Shown one piece after another: positions 13,101 to 29,900 of a stretch of DNA of 64,000 nt. The notes beneath the pieces were generated by a model, which worked only from the letters and a program-made list of their open reading frames with translations, was not told the DNA's origin and searched no databases. The translations under genes and the position numbers were made by a program. Every line of letters starts with the position of its first letter. Position 1 is the stretch's first letter. Source of the DNA: Eledone cirrhosa (Eukaryota); NCBI GenBank assembly GCA_964016885.1, contig OZ024750.1:37758001-37822000 (forward strand). Reading direction: 5' to 3'.

Positions 13101-16100
13101 TGATGTACCATGAAGCTATGGCTAACATGTACACTGTATGTGATGTACCATGAAGCTATGACTAACCTGTACACTGTATGTGATGTACCATGAAGCTAAA
13201 ACTAACCTGTACACTGTATGTGATGTACCATGAAGCTATGACTAACCTGTACACTGTATGTGATGTTCCATGAAGCTATGACTAACCTGTACACTGTATG
13301 TGATGTACCATGAAGCTATGACTAACCTGTACACTGTATGTGATGTACCATGAAGCTATGACTAACCTGTACACTGTATATGATGTACCATGAAGCTATG
13401 ACTAACATGTACACTGTATGCCATGTACCATGAAGCTATGACTAACCTGTACACTGTATGTGATGTACCATGAAGCTATGACTAACCTGTACACTGTACG
13501 TGATGTACCATGAAGTTATGACTAACCTGTACACTGTATGTGATGTACCATGAAGCTATGACTAAACTATACACTGTATGTGATGTACCATGAAATTATG
13601 ACTAACATGTACACTGTATGTGATGTACCATGAAGCTATGGCTAACCTGTACACTGTATGTGATGTACCATGAAGCTATAGCTAACCTATACACTGTATG
13701 TGATGTACCATGAAGCTATGACTAAACTATACACTGTATGTGATGTACCATGTAGCTATGACTAACCTTTACACTGTATGTGATGTACCATGAAGCTATG
13801 GCTAACCTGTACACTGTATGTGATGTATCATGAACCTATGGCTAACCTGTACACTGTATGTGATGTACGATGAAGTTATGACTAACATGTACACTGTATG
13901 TGATGAACCATGAAGCTATGGCTAACCTGTACACTGTATGTGATGTACCATGAAGCTATAGCTAACCTATACACTGTATGTGATGTACCATGAAGCTATG
14001 ACTAACCTGTACACTGTATGTGATGTACCATGAAGCTATGACTAACCTGTACACTGTATGTGATGTACCATGAAGCTATGGCTAACCTTTACACTGTATG
14101 TGATGTACCATGAAGCTATGACTAACCTGTACACTGTATGTGATGTACCATGAAGCTATGGCTAACCTGTACACTGTATGTGATGTACCATGAAGCTATG
14201 GCTAACCTGTACACTGTATGTGATGTACCATGAAGCTATGGCTAACCTGTACACTGTATGTGATGTACCATGAAGCTATGACTAACCTTTACACTGTATG
14301 TGATGTACCATGAAGCTATGACTAACCTGTACACTGTATGTGATGTACCATGAAGCTATAGCTAACCTGTACACTGTATGTGATGTACCATGAAGCTATG
14401 GCTAACCTGTACACTGTATGTGATGTACCATGAAGCTATGACTAACCTGTACACTGTATATGATGTACCATGAAGCTATGACTAACCTGTACACTGAATG
14501 TGATGTACCATGAAGCTATGACTAACATGTACACTGTATGTGATGTACCATGAAGCTATGACTAACCTGTACACTGTATGTGATGTACCATGAAGCTATG
14601 CTAACCTGTACACTGTATGTGATGTACCATGAAGCTATGGCTAACCTGTACAATGTATGTGATGTACCATGAAGCTATGACTAACCTATACACTGTATGT
14701 GATGTACCATGAAGCTATGACTAACCTGTACACTGTATGTGATGTACCATGAAGCTATGGCTAACCTGTACACTGTATGTGATGTACCATGAAGCCATGA
14801 CTAACCTGTACACTTTATATGATGTACCATGAAGCTATGGCTAACCTGTACACTGTATGTGATGAACCATGAAGCTATGGCTAACCTGTACACTGTATGT
14901 GATGTACCATGAAGCTATAGCTAACCTATACACTGTATGTGATGTACCATGAAGCTATGACTAAACTATACACTGTATGTGATGTACCATGTAGCTATGA
15001 CTAACCTTTACACTGTATGTGATGTACCATGAAGCTATGGCTAACCTGTACACTGTATGTGATGTATCATGAACCTATGGCTAACCTGTACACTGTATGT
15101 GATGTACCATGAAGTTATGACTAACATGTACACTGTATGTGATGAACCATGAAGCTATGGCTAACCTGTACACTGTATGTGATGTACCATGAAGCTATAG
15201 CTAACCTATACACTGTATGTGATGTACCATGAAGCTATGACTAACCTGTACACTGTATGTGATGTACCATGAAGCTATGACTAACCTGTACACTGTATGT
15301 GATGTACCATGAAGCTATGGCTAACCTTTACACTGTATGTGATGTACCATGAAGCTATGACTAACCTGTACACTGTATGTGATGTACCATGAAGCTATGG
15401 CTAACCTGTACACTGTATGTGATGTACCATGAAGCTATGTCTAACCTGTACACTGTATGTGATGTACCATGAAGCTATGGCTAACCTGTACACTGAATGT
15501 GATGTACCATGAAGCTATGACTAACATGTACACTGTATGTGATGTACCATGAAGCTATGACTAACCTGTACACTGTATGTGATGTACCATGAAGCTATGC
15601 TAACCTGTACACTGTATGTGATGTACCATGAAGCTATGGCTAACCTGTACAATGTATGTGATGTACCATGAAGCTATGACTAACCTATACACTGTATGTG
15701 ATGTACCATGAAGCTATGACTAACCTGTACACTGTATGTGATGTACCATGAAGCTATGGCTAACCTGTACACTGTATGTGATGTACCATGAAGCTATGAC
15801 TAACCTGTACACTCTATGTGATGTACCATGAAGCTATGGCTAACCTGTACACTGTATGTGATGTACCATGAAGCTATAGCTAACCTGTACACTGTATGTG
15901 ATGTACCATGAAGCTATGGCTAACCTGTACACTGTATGTGATGTACCATGAAGCCATGACTAACCTGTACACTTTATATGATGTACCATGAAGCTATGAC
16001 TAACCTTTACACTGTATGTGATGTACCATGAAGCTATGGCTAACATGTATACTGTATGTGATGTACCATGAAGCTATGACTAACCTGTACACTGTATGTG

Positions 16101-18509
16101 ATGTACCATGAAGCTATGGCTAACCTGTACACTGTATGTGATGTACCATGAAGTTATGACTAACCTGTACACTGTATGTGATGTTCCATGAAGTTATGAC
16201 TAACATGTACACTGTATGTGATGTACCATGAAGCTATGACTAACCTGTACACTGTATGTGATGTACCATGAATCTATGGCTAACCTGTACACTGTATGTG
16301 ATGTACCGTGAAGCTATGACTAACCTATACACTCTATGTGATGTACCATGAAGCTATGTCTAACCTGTACACCGTATGTGATGTACCATGAAGCTATGAC
16401 TAACCTATACAGTGTATGTGATGTACCATGAAGCTATGACTAACCTGTACCCTGTATGTGATGTACCATGAAGCTATGACTAACCTATACACTGTATGTG
16501 ATGTACCATGCAGCTATGACTAACCTGTACACTGTATGTGATGTACCATGAAGCTATGGCTAACCTGTACACTGTATGTGATGTACCATGAAGCTATGGC
16601 TAACCTGTACACTGTATGTGATGTACCATGAAGTTATAGCTAACCTGTACACTGTATGTGATGTACTATGAAGCTATGACTAATCTGTACACTGTATGTG
16701 ATGTACCATGAAGCTATGACTAATCTGTACACTGTATGTGATGTAACATGAAGCTATAGCTAACCTGTACACTGTATGTGATGTACCATGAAGCTATTAC
16801 TAACCTATACACTGTATGTGATGTACCATGAAGCTATAGCTAACCTATACACTGTATGTGATGTACCATGAAGTTATAGCTAACCTGTACACTGTATGTG
16901 ATGTACCATGAAGCTATGACTAATCTGTACACTGTATGTGATGTACCATGAAGCTATAGCTAACCGGTACACTGTATGTGATGTACCATGAAGCTATGAC
17001 TAACCTGTACACTGTATGTGATGTACCATGAAGCTATGACTAACCTGTACACTGTATGTGATGTAACATGAAGCTATAGCTAACCTGTACACTGTATGTG
17101 ATGTACCATGAAGCTATGACTAACCTGTACACTGTATGTGATGTACCATGAAGCTATAGCTAACCTATACACTGTATGTGATGTACCATGAAACTATGAC
17201 TAACCTGTACACTGTATGTGATGTACCATGAAGCTATGGCTAACCTGTACACTCTATGTGATGTAACATGAAGCTATAGCTAACCTGTACACTGTATGTG
17301 ATGTACCATGAAGCTATGACTAACCTGTACACTGTATGTGATGTACCATGAAGCTATGACTAACCTGTACACTGTATGTGATGTACCATGAAGCTATGGC
17401 TAACCTGTACACTTTATGTGATGTACCATGAAGCTATGGCTAACCTGTACACTGTATATGATGTACCATGAAGCTATGACTAACCTTTACACTGTATGTG
17501 ATGTACCATGAAGCTATAGCTAACATGTACACTGTATGTGATGTACCATGAAGCTATGACTAACCTGTACACTGTATGTGATGTACCATGAAGCTATGGC
17601 TAACCTGTACACTGTATGTGATGTACCATGAAGCTATGGCTAACCTGTACACTGTATGTGATGTACCATGAAGCTATGGCTAACCTGTACACTGTATATG
17701 ATGTACCATGAAGCTATGACTAACCTTTACACTGTATGTGATGTACCATGAAGCTATGGCTAACATGTACACTGTATGTGATGTACCATGAAGCTATGAC
17801 TAACCTGTACACTGTATGTGATGTACCATGAAGCTAAAACTAACCTGTACACTGTATGTGATGTACCATGAAGCTATGACTAACCTGTACACTGTATGTG
17901 ATGTTCCATGAAGCTATGACTAACCTGTACACTGTATGTGATGTACCATGAAGCTATGGCTAACCTGTACACTGTATGTGATGTACCATGAAGCTATGAC
18001 TAACCTGTACACTGTATATGATGTACCATGAAGCTATGACTAACATGTACACTGTATGCCATGTACCATGAAGCTATGACTAACCTGTACACTGTATGTG
18101 ATGTACCATGAAGTTATGACTAACCTGTACACTGTATGTGATGTACCATGAAGCTATGACTAAACTATACACTGTATGTGATGTACCATGAAATTATGAC
18201 TAACATGTACACTGTATGTGATGTACCATGAAGCTATGGCTAACCTGTACACTGTATGTGATGTACCATGAAGCTATAGCTAACCTATACACTGTATGTG
18301 ATGTACCATGAAGCTATGACTAAACTATACACTGTATGTGATGTACCATGTAGCTATGACTAACCTTTACACTGTATGTGATGTACCATGAAGCTATGGC
18401 TAACCTGTACACTGTATGTGATGTATCATGAATCTATGGCTAACCTGTACACTGTATGTGATGTACCATGAAGTTATGACTAACATGTACACTGTATGTG
18501 ATGAACCAT

Positions 18510-20265
18510 GAAGCTATGGCTAACCTGTACACTGTATGTGATGTACCATGAAGCTATAGCTAACCTATACACTGTATGTGATGTACCATGAAGCTATGAC
18601 TAACCTGTACACTGTATGTGATGTACCATGAAGCTATGACTAACCTGTACACTGTATGTGATGTACCATGAAGCTATGGCTAACCTTTACACTGTATGTG
18701 ATGTACCATGAAGCTATGACTAACCTGTACACTGTATGTGATGTACCATGAAGCTATGACTAACCTGTACACTGTATGTGATGTACCATGAAGCTATAGC
18801 TAACCTGTACACTGTATGTGATGTACCATGAAGCTATGCTAACCTGTACACTGTATGTGATGTACCATGAAGCTATGGCTAACCTGTACAATGTATGTGA
18901 TGTACCATGAAGCTATGACTAACCTATACACTGTATGTGATGTACCATGAAGCTATGGCTAACCTGTACACTGTATGTGATGTACCATGAAGCTATGACT
19001 AACCTGTACACTCTATGTGATGTACCATGAAGCTATGGCTAACCTGTACAATGTATGCGATGTACCATGAAGCTATGACTAACCTGTACACTGAATGTGA
19101 TGTACCATGAAGCTATGACTAACATGTACACTGTATGTGATGTACCATGAAGCTATGACTAACCTGTACACTGTATGTGATGTACCATGAAGCTATGCTA
19201 ACCTGTACACTGTATGTGATGTACCATGAAGCTATGGCTAACCTGTACAATGTATGTGATGTACCATGAAGCTATGACTAACCTGTACACTGTATGTGAT
19301 GTACCATGAAGCTATGGCTAACCTGTACACTGTATGTGATGTACCATGAAGCTATGACTAACCTGTACACTCTATGTGATGTACCATGAAGCTATGGCTA
19401 ACCTGTACACTGTATGTGATGTACCATGAAGCTATAGCTAACCTATACACTGTATGTGATGTACCATGAAGCTATGACTAACCTGTACACTGTATGTGAT
19501 GTACCATGAAGCTATGACTAACCTGTACACTGTATGTGATGTACCATGAAGCTATGGCTAACCTTTACACTGTATGTGATGTACCATGAAGCTATGACTA
19601 ACCTGTACACTGTATGTGATGTACCATGAAGCTATGACTAACCTGTACACTGTATGTGATGTACCATGAAGCTATAGCTAACCTGTACACTGTATGTGAT
19701 GTACCATGAAGCTATGCTAACCTGTACACTGTATGTGATGTACCATGAAGCTATGGCTAACCTGTACAATGTATGTGATGTACCATGAAGCTATGACTAA
19801 CCTATACACTGTATGTGATGTACCATGAAGCTATGGCTAACCTGTACACTGTATGTGATGTACCATGAAGCTATGACTAACCTGTACACTCTATGTGATG
19901 TACCATGAAGCTATGGCTAACCTGTACAATGTATGCGATGTACCATGAAGCTATGACTAACCTGTACACTGAATGTGATGTACCATGAAGCTATGACTAA
20001 CATGTACACTGTATGTGATGTACCATGAAGCTATGACTAACCTGTACACTGTATGTGATGTACCATGAAGCTATGCTAACCTGTACACTGTATGTGATGT
20101 ACCATGAAGCTATGGCTAACCTGTACAATGTATGTGATGTACCATGAAGCTATGACTAACCTGTACACTGTATGTGATGTACCATGAAGCTATGGCTAAC
20201 CTGTACACTGTATGTGATGTACCATGAAGCTATGACTAACCTGTACACTCTATGTGATGTACCAT
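18510..20265 (+). repeat. Tandem duplication, period 878 bp (22 monomers including two 39-mers)
   Basis: The 39-mers at 18836/19714 and 19195/20073 and ATAGCTAACCTATA at 18556/19434 are all offset by 878. The CAATGTATGCG variant is present in both copies. Confidence 0.9.
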
Positions 20266-20919
20266 GAATCTATGGCTAACCTGTACACTGTATGTGATGT
20301 ACCGGGAAGCTATGACTAACCTATACACTCTATGTGATGTACCATGAAGCTATGTCTAACCTGTACACCGTATGTGATGTACCATGAAGCTATGACTAAC
20401 CTATACACTGTATGTGATGTACCATGAAGCTATGACTAACCTGTACCCTGTATGTGATGTACCATGAAGCTATGACTAACCTATACACTGTATGTGATGT
20501 ACCATGCAGCTATGACTAACCTGTACACTGTATGTGATGTACCATGAAGCTATGGCTAACCTGTACACTGTATGTGATGTACCATGAAGCTATGGCTAAC
20601 CTGTACACTGTATGTGATGTACCATGAAGTTATAGCTAACCTGTACACTGTATGTGATGTACTATGAAGCTATGACTAATCTGTACACTGTATGTGATGT
20701 ACCATGAAGCTATGACTAATCTGTACACTGTATGTGATGTAACATGAAGCTATAGCTAACCTGTACACTGTATGTGATGTACCATGAAGCTATGACTAAC
20801 CTGTACACTGTATATGATGTACCATGAAGCTATGACTAACCTGTACACTGAATGTGATGTACCATGAAGCTATGACTAACATGTACACTGTATGTGATGT
20901 ACCATGAAGCTATGACTAA

Positions 20920-23900
20920 CCTGTACACTGTATGTGATGTACCATGAAGCTATGCTAACCTGTACACTGTATGTGATGTACCATGAAGCTATGGCTAACC
21001 TGTACAATGTATGTGATGTACCATGAAGCTATGACTAACCTATACACTGTATGTGATGTACCATGAAGCTATGACTAACCTGTACACTGTATGTGATGTA
21101 CCATGAAGCTATGGCTAACCTGTACACTGTATGTGATGTACCATGAAGCTATGACTAACCTGTACACTCTATGTGATGTACCATGAAGCTATGGCTAACC
21201 TGTACACTGTATGTGATGTACCATGAAGCTATAGCTAACCTGTACACTGTATGTGATGTACCATGAAGCTATGGCTAACCTGTACACTGTATGTGATGTA
21301 CCATGAAGCCATGACTAACCTGTACACTTTATATGATGTACCATGAAGCTATGGCTAACCTGTACACTGTATGTGATGTATCATGAACCTATGGCTAACC
21401 TGTACACTGTATGTGATGTACCATGAAGTTATGACTAACATGTACACTGTATGTGATGAACCATGAAGCTATGGCTAACCTGTACACTGTATGTGATGTA
21501 CCATGAAGCTATGGCTAACCTGTACACTGTATGTGATGTACCATGAAGCTATGACTAACCTGTACACTGTATGTGATGTTCCATGAAGCTATGACTAACC
21601 TGTACACTGTATGTGATGTACCATGAAGCTATGGCTAACCTGTACACTGTATGTGATGTAGCATGAAGCTATGACTAACCTGTACACTGTATATGATGTA
21701 CCATGAAGCTATGACTAACATGTACACTGTATGCGAAGTACCATGAAGCTATGACTAACCTGTACACTGTATGTGATGTACCATGAAGCTATGTCTAACC
21801 TGTACACTGTATGTGATGTACCATGAAGCTATGACTAACCTGTACACTGTATGTGATGTACCATGAAGCTATGACTAACCTATACACTGTATGTGTTGTA
21901 CCATGTAGCTATGATTAATCTATACACTGTATGTGATGTACCATGAAGCTATGGCTAACCTGTACACTGTATGTGATGTACCATGAAGCTATGGCTAACC
22001 TGTACACTCTATGTGATGTACCATGAAGTTATGACTAACATGTACACTGTATGTGATGTACCATGAAGCTATGACTAACCTGTACACTGTATGTGATGTA
22101 CCATGAATCTATGGCTAACCTGTACACTGTATGTGATGTACCGTGAAGCTATGACTAACCTATACACTCTATGTGATGTACCATGAAGCTATGTCTAACC
22201 TGTACACCGTATGTGATGTACCATGAAGCTATCACTAACCTATACACTGTATGTGATGTACCATGAAGCTATGACTAACCTGTACACTGTATGTGATGTA
22301 CCATGAAGCTATGACTAACCTATACACTGTATGTGATGTACCATGCAGCTATGACTAACCTGTACACTGTATGTGATGTACCATGAAGCTATGGCTAACC
22401 TGTACACTGTATGTGATGTACCATGAAGCTATGGCTAACCTGTACACTGTATGTGATGTACCATGAAGTTATAGCTAACCTGTACACTGTATGTGATGTA
22501 CTATGAAGCTATGACTAATCTGTACACTGTATGTGATGTACCATGAAGCTATGACTAATCTGTACACTGTATGTGATGTAACATGAAGCTATAGCTAACC
22601 TGTACACTGTATGTGATGTACCATGAAGCTATGACTAACCTGTACACTGTATGTGATGTACCATGAAGCTATGACTAACCTGTACACTGTATGTTATGTA
22701 ACATGAAGCTATAGCTAACCTGTACACTGTATGTGATGTACCATGAAGCTATGACTAACCTGTACACTGTATGTGATGTACCATGAAGCTATAGCTAACC
22801 TATACACTGTATGTGATGTACCATGAAACTATGACTAACCTGTACACTGTATGTGATGTACCATGAAGCTATGGCTAACCTGTACACTGTATGTGATGTA
22901 ACATGAAGCTATAGCTAACCTGTACACTGTATGTGATGTACCATGAAGCTATGACTAACCTGTACACTGTATGTGATGTACCATGAAGCTATGACTAACC
23001 TGTACACTGAATGTGATGTACCATGAAGCTATGGATAACCTGTACACTGTATGTGATGTACCATGAAGCTATGGCTAACCTGTACACTGTATGTGATGTA
23101 CCATGAAGCTATGGCTAACCTGTACACTGTATATGATGTACCATGAAGCTATGACTAAACTTTACACTGTATGTGATGTACCATGAAGCTATGGCTAACA
23201 TGTACACTGTATGTGATGTACCATGAAGCTATGACTAACCTGTACACTGTATGTGATGTACCATGAAGCTAAAACTAACCTGTACACTGTATGTGATGTA
23301 CCATGAAGCTATGACTAACCTGTACACTGTATGTGATGTTCCATGAAGCTATGACTAACCTGTACACTGTATGTGATGTACCATGAAGCTATGGCTAACC
23401 TGTACACTGTATGTGATGTACCATGAAGCTATGACTAACCTGTACACTGTATATGATGTACCATGAAGCTATGACTAACATGTACACTGTATGCCATGTA
23501 CCATGAAGCTATGACTAACCTGTACACTGTATGTGATGTACCATGAAGCTATGACTAACCTGTACACTGTATGTGATGTACCATGAAGTTATGACTAACC
23601 TGTACACTGTATGTGATGTACCATGAAGCTATGACTAAACTATACACTGTATGTGATGTACCATGAAATTATGACTAACATGTACACTGTATGTGATGTA
23701 CCATGAAGCTATGGCTAACCTGTACACTGTATGTGATGTACCATGAAGCTATAGCTAACCTATACACTGTATGTGATGTACCATGAAGCTATGACTAAAC
23801 TATACACTGTATGTGATGTACCATGTAGCTATGACTAACCTTTACACTGTATGTGATGTACCATGAAGCTATGGCTAACCTGTACACTGTATGTGATGTA

Positions 23901-26900
23901 TCATGAACCTATGGCTAACCTGTACACTGTATGTGATGTACCATGAAGTTATGACTAACATGTACACTGTATGTGATGAACCATGAAGCTATGGCTAACC
24001 TGTACACTGTATGTGATGTACCATGAAGCTATAGCTAACCTATACACTGTATGTGATGTACCATGAAGCTATGACTAACCTGTACACTGTATGTGATGTA
24101 CCATGAAGCTATGACTAACCTGTACACTGTATGTGATGTACCATGAAGCTATGGCTAACCTTTACACTGTATGTGATGTACCATGAAGCTATGACTAACC
24201 TGTACACTGTATGTGATGTACCATGAAGCTATGGCTAACCTGTACACTGTATGTGATGTACCATGAAGCTATGGCTAACCTGTACACTGTATGTGATGTA
24301 CCATGAAGCTATGGCTAACCTGTACACTGTATGTGATGTACCATGAAGCTATGACTAACCTTTACACTGTATGTGATGTACCATGAAGCTATGACTAACC
24401 TGTACACTGTATGTGATGTACCATGAAGCTATAGCTAACCTGTACACTGTATGTGATGTACCATGAAGCTATGGCTAACCTGTACACTGTATGTGATGTA
24501 CCATGAAGCTATGACTAACCTGTACACTGTATATGATGTACCATGAAGCTATGACTAACCTGTACACTGAATGTGATGTACCATGAAGCTATGACTAACA
24601 TGTACACTGTATGTGATGTACCATGAAGCTATGACTAACCTGTACACTGTATGTGATGTACCATGAAGCTATGCTAACCTGTACACTGTATGTGATGTAC
24701 CATGAAGCTATGGCTAACCTGTACAATGTATGTGATGTACCATGAAGCTATGACTAACCTATACACTGTATGTGATGTACCATGAAGCTATGACTAACCT
24801 GTACACTGTATGTGATGTACCATGAAGCTATGGCTAACCTGTACACTGTATGTGATGTACCATGAAGCTATGACTAACCTGTACACTCTATGTGATGTAC
24901 CATGAAGCTATGGCTAACCTGTACACTGTATGTGATGTACCATGAAGCTATAGCTAACCTGTACACTGTATGTGATGTACCATGAAGCTATGGCTAACCT
25001 GTACACTGTATGTGATGTACCATGAAGCCATGACTAACCTGTACACTTTATATGATGTACCATGAAGCTATGGCTAACCTGTACACTGTATGTGATGTAT
25101 CATGAACCTATGGCTAACCTGTACACTGTATGTGATGTACCATGAAGTTATGACTAACATGTACACTGTATGTAATGAACCATGAAGCTATGGCTAACCT
25201 GTACACTGTATGTGATGTACCATGAAGCTATAGCTAACCTATACACTGTATGTGATGTACCATGAAGCTATGACTAAACTATACACTGTATGTGATGTAC
25301 CATGTAGCTATGACTAACCTTTACACTGTATGTGATGTACCATGAAGCTATGGCTAACCTGTACACTGTATGTGATGTATCATGAACCTATGGCTAACCT
25401 GTACACTGTATGTGATGTACCATGAAGTTATGACTAACATGTACACTGTATGTGATGAACCATGAAGCTATGGCTAACCTGTACACTGTATGTGATGTAC
25501 CATGAAGCTATAGCTAACCTATACACTGTATGTGATGTACCATGAAGCTATGACTAACCTGTACACTGTATGTGATGTACCATGAAGCTATGACTAACCT
25601 GTACACTGTATGTGATGTACCATGAAGCTATGGCTAACCTTTACACTGTATGTGATGTACCATGAAGCTATGACTAACCTGTACACTGTATGTGATGTAC
25701 CATGAAGCTATGGCTAACCTGTACACTGTATGTGATGTACCATGAAGCTATGGCTAACCTGTACACTGTATGTGATGTACCATGAAGCTATAGCTAACCT
25801 TTACACTGTATGTGATGTACCATGAAGCTATGACTAACCTGTACACTGTATGTGATGTACCATGAAGCTATGGCTAACCTGTACACTGTATGTGATGTAC
25901 CATGAAGCTATGACTAACCTGTACACTGTATGTGATGTACCATGAAGCTATAGCTAACCTGTACACTGTATGTGATGTACCATGAAGCTATGGCTAACCT
26001 TTACACTGTATGTGATGTACCATGAAGCTATGACTAACCTGTACACTGTATGTGATGTACCATGAAGCTATGGCTAACCTGTACACTGTATGTGATGTAC
26101 CATGAAGCTATGCTAACCTGTACACTGTATGTGATGTACCATGAAGCTATGGCTAACCTGTACAATGTATGTGATGTACCATGAAGCTATGACTAACCTA
26201 TACACTGTATGTGATGTACCATGAAGCTATGACTAACCTGTACACTGTATGTGATGTACCATGAAGCTATGGCTAACCTGTACACTGTATGTGATGTACC
26301 ATGAAGCTATGACTAACCTGTACACTCTATGTGATGTACCATGAAGCTATGGCTAACCTGTACACTGTATGTGATGTACCATGAAGCTATAGCTAACCTG
26401 TACACTGTATGTGATGTACCATGAAGCTATGGCTAACCTGTACACTGTATGTGATGTACCATGAAGCCATGACTAACCTGTACACTTTATATGATGTACC
26501 ATGAAGCTATGGCTAACCTGTACACTGTATGTGATGTATCATGAACCTATGGCTAACCTGTACACTGTATGTGATGTACCATGAAGTTATGACTAACATG
26601 TACACTGTATGTGATGAACCATGAAGCTATGGCTAACCTGTACACTGTATGTGATGTACCATGAAGCTATGGCTAACCTGTACACTGTATGTGATGTACC
26701 ATGAAGCTATGACTAACCTGTACACTGTATGTGATGTTCCATGAAGCTATGACTAACCTGTACACTGTATGTGATGTACCATGAAGCTATGGCTAACCTG
26801 TACACTGTATGTGATGTAGCATGAAGCTATGACTAACCTGTACACTGTATATGATGTACCATGAAGCTATGACTAACATGTACACTGTATGCGAAGTACC

Positions 26901-29900
26901 ATGAAGCTATGACTAACCTGTACACTGTATGTGATGTACCATGAAGCTATGTCTAACCTGTACACTGTATGTGATGTACCATGAAGCTATGACTAACCTG
27001 TACACTGTATGTGATGTACCATGAAGCTATGACTAACCTATACACTGTATGTGTTGTACCATGTAGCTATGATTAATCTATACACTGTATGTGATGTACC
27101 ATGAAGCTATGGCTAACCTGTACACTGTATGTGATGTACCATGAAGCTATGGCTAACCTGTACACTCTATGTGATGTACCATGAAGTTATGACTAACATG
27201 TACACTGTATGTGATGTACCATGAAGCTATGACTAACCTGTACACTGTATGTGATGTACCATGAATCTATGGCTAACCTGTACACTGTATGTGATGTACC
27301 GTGAAGCTATGACTAACCTATACACTCTATGTGATGTACCATGAAGCTATGTCTAACCTGTACACCGTATGTGATGTACCATGAAGCTATCACTAACCTA
27401 TACACTGTATGTGATGTACCATGAAGCTATGACTAACCTGTACACTGTATGTGATGTACCATGAAGCTATGACTAACCTATACACTGTATGTGATGTACC
27501 ATGCAGCTATGACTAACCTGTACACTGTATGTGATGTACCATGAAGCTATGGCTAACCTGTACACTGTATGTGATGTACCATGAAGCTATGGCTAACCTG
27601 TACACTGTATGTGATGTACCATGAAGTTATAGCTAACCTGTACACTGTATGTGATGTACTATGAAGCTATGACTAATCTGTACACTGTATGTGATGTACC
27701 ATGAAGCTATGACTAATCTGTACACTGTATGTGATGTAACATGAAGCTATAGCTAACCTGTACACTGTATGTGATGTACCATGAAGCTATGACTAACCTG
27801 TACACTGTATGTGATGTACCATGAAGCTATGACTAACCTGTACACTGTATGTTATGTAACATGAAGCTATAGCTAACCTGTACACTGTATGTGATGTACC
27901 ATGAAGCTATGACTAACCTGTACACTGTATGTGATGTACCATGAAGCTATAGCTAACCTATACACTGTATGTGATGTACCATGAAACTATGACTAACCTG
28001 TACACTGTATGTGATGTACCATGAAGCTATGGCTAACCTGTACACTGTATGTGATGTAACATGAAGCTATAGCTAACCTGTACACTGTATGTGATGTACC
28101 ATGAAGCTATGACTAACCTGTACACTGTATGTGATGTACCATGAAGCTATGACTAACCTGTACACTGAATGTGATGTACCATGAAGCTATGGATAACCTG
28201 TACACTGTATGTGATGTACCATGAAGCTATGGCTAACCTGTACACTGTATGTGATGTACCATGAAGCTATGGCTAACCTGTACACTGTATATGATGTACC
28301 ATGAAGCTATGACTAAACTTTACACTGTATGTGATGTACCATGAAGCTATGGCTAACATGTACACTGTATGTGATGTACCATGAAGCTATGACTAACCTG
28401 TACACTGTATGTGATGTACCATGAAGCTAAAACTAACCTGTACACTGTATGTGATGTACCATGAAGCTATGACTAACCTGTACACTGTATGTGATGTTCC
28501 ATGAAGCTATGACTAACCTGTACACTGTATGTGATGTACCATGAAGCTATGGCTAACCTGTACACTGTATGTGATGTACCATGAAGCTATGACTAACCTG
28601 TACACTGTATATGATGTACCATGAAGCTATGACTAACATGTACACTGTATGCCATGTACCATGAAGCTATGACTAACCTGTACACTGTATGTGATGTACC
28701 ATGAAGCTATGACTAACCTGTACACTGTATGTGATGTACCATGAAGTTATGACTAACCTGTACACTGTATGTGATGTACCATGAAGCTATGACTAAACTA
28801 TACACTGTATGTGATGTACCATGAAATTATGACTAACATGTACACTGTATGTGATGTACCATGAAGCTATGGCTAACCTGTACACTGTATGTGATGTACC
28901 ATGAAGCTATAGCTAACCTATACACTGTATGTGATGTACCATGAAGCTATGACTAAACTATACACTGTATGTGATGTACCATGTAGCTATGACTAACCTT
29001 TACACTGTATGTGATGTACCATGAAGCTATGGCTAACCTGTACACTGTATGTGATGTATCATGAACCTATGGCTAACCTGTACACTGTATGTGATGTACC
29101 ATGAAGTTATGACTAACATGTACACTGTATGTGATGAACCATGAAGCTATGGCTAACCTGTACACTGTATGTGATGTACCATGAAGCTATAGCTAACCTA
29201 TACACTGTATGTGATGTACCATGAAGCTATGACTAACCTGTACACTGTATGTGATGTACCATGAAGCTATGACTAACCTGTACACTGTATGTGATGTACC
29301 ATGAAGCTATGGCTAACCTTTACACTGTATGTGATGTACCATGAAGCTATGACTAACCTGTACACTGTATGTGATGTACCATGAAGCTATGGCTAACCTG
29401 TACACTGTATGTGATGTACCATGAAGCTATGGCTAACCTGTACACTGTATGTGATGTACCATGAAGCTATGGCTAACCTGTACACTGTATGTGATGTACC
29501 ATGAAGCTATGACTAACCTTTACACTGTATGTGATGTACCATGAAGCTATGACTAACCTGTACACTGTATGTGATGTACCATGAAGCTATAGCTAACCTG
29601 TACACTGTATGTGATGTACCATGAAGCTATGGCTAACCTGTACACTGTATGTGATGTACCATGAAGCTATGACTAACCTGTACACTGTATATGATGTACC
29701 ATGAAGCTATGACTAACCTGTACACTGAATGTGATGTACCATGAAGCTATGACTAACATGTACACTGTATGTGATGTACCATGAAGCTATGACTAACCTG
29801 TACACTGTATGTGATGTACCATGAAGCTATGCTAACCTGTACACTGTATGTGATGTACCATGAAGCTATGGCTAACCTGTACAATGTATGTGATGTACCA

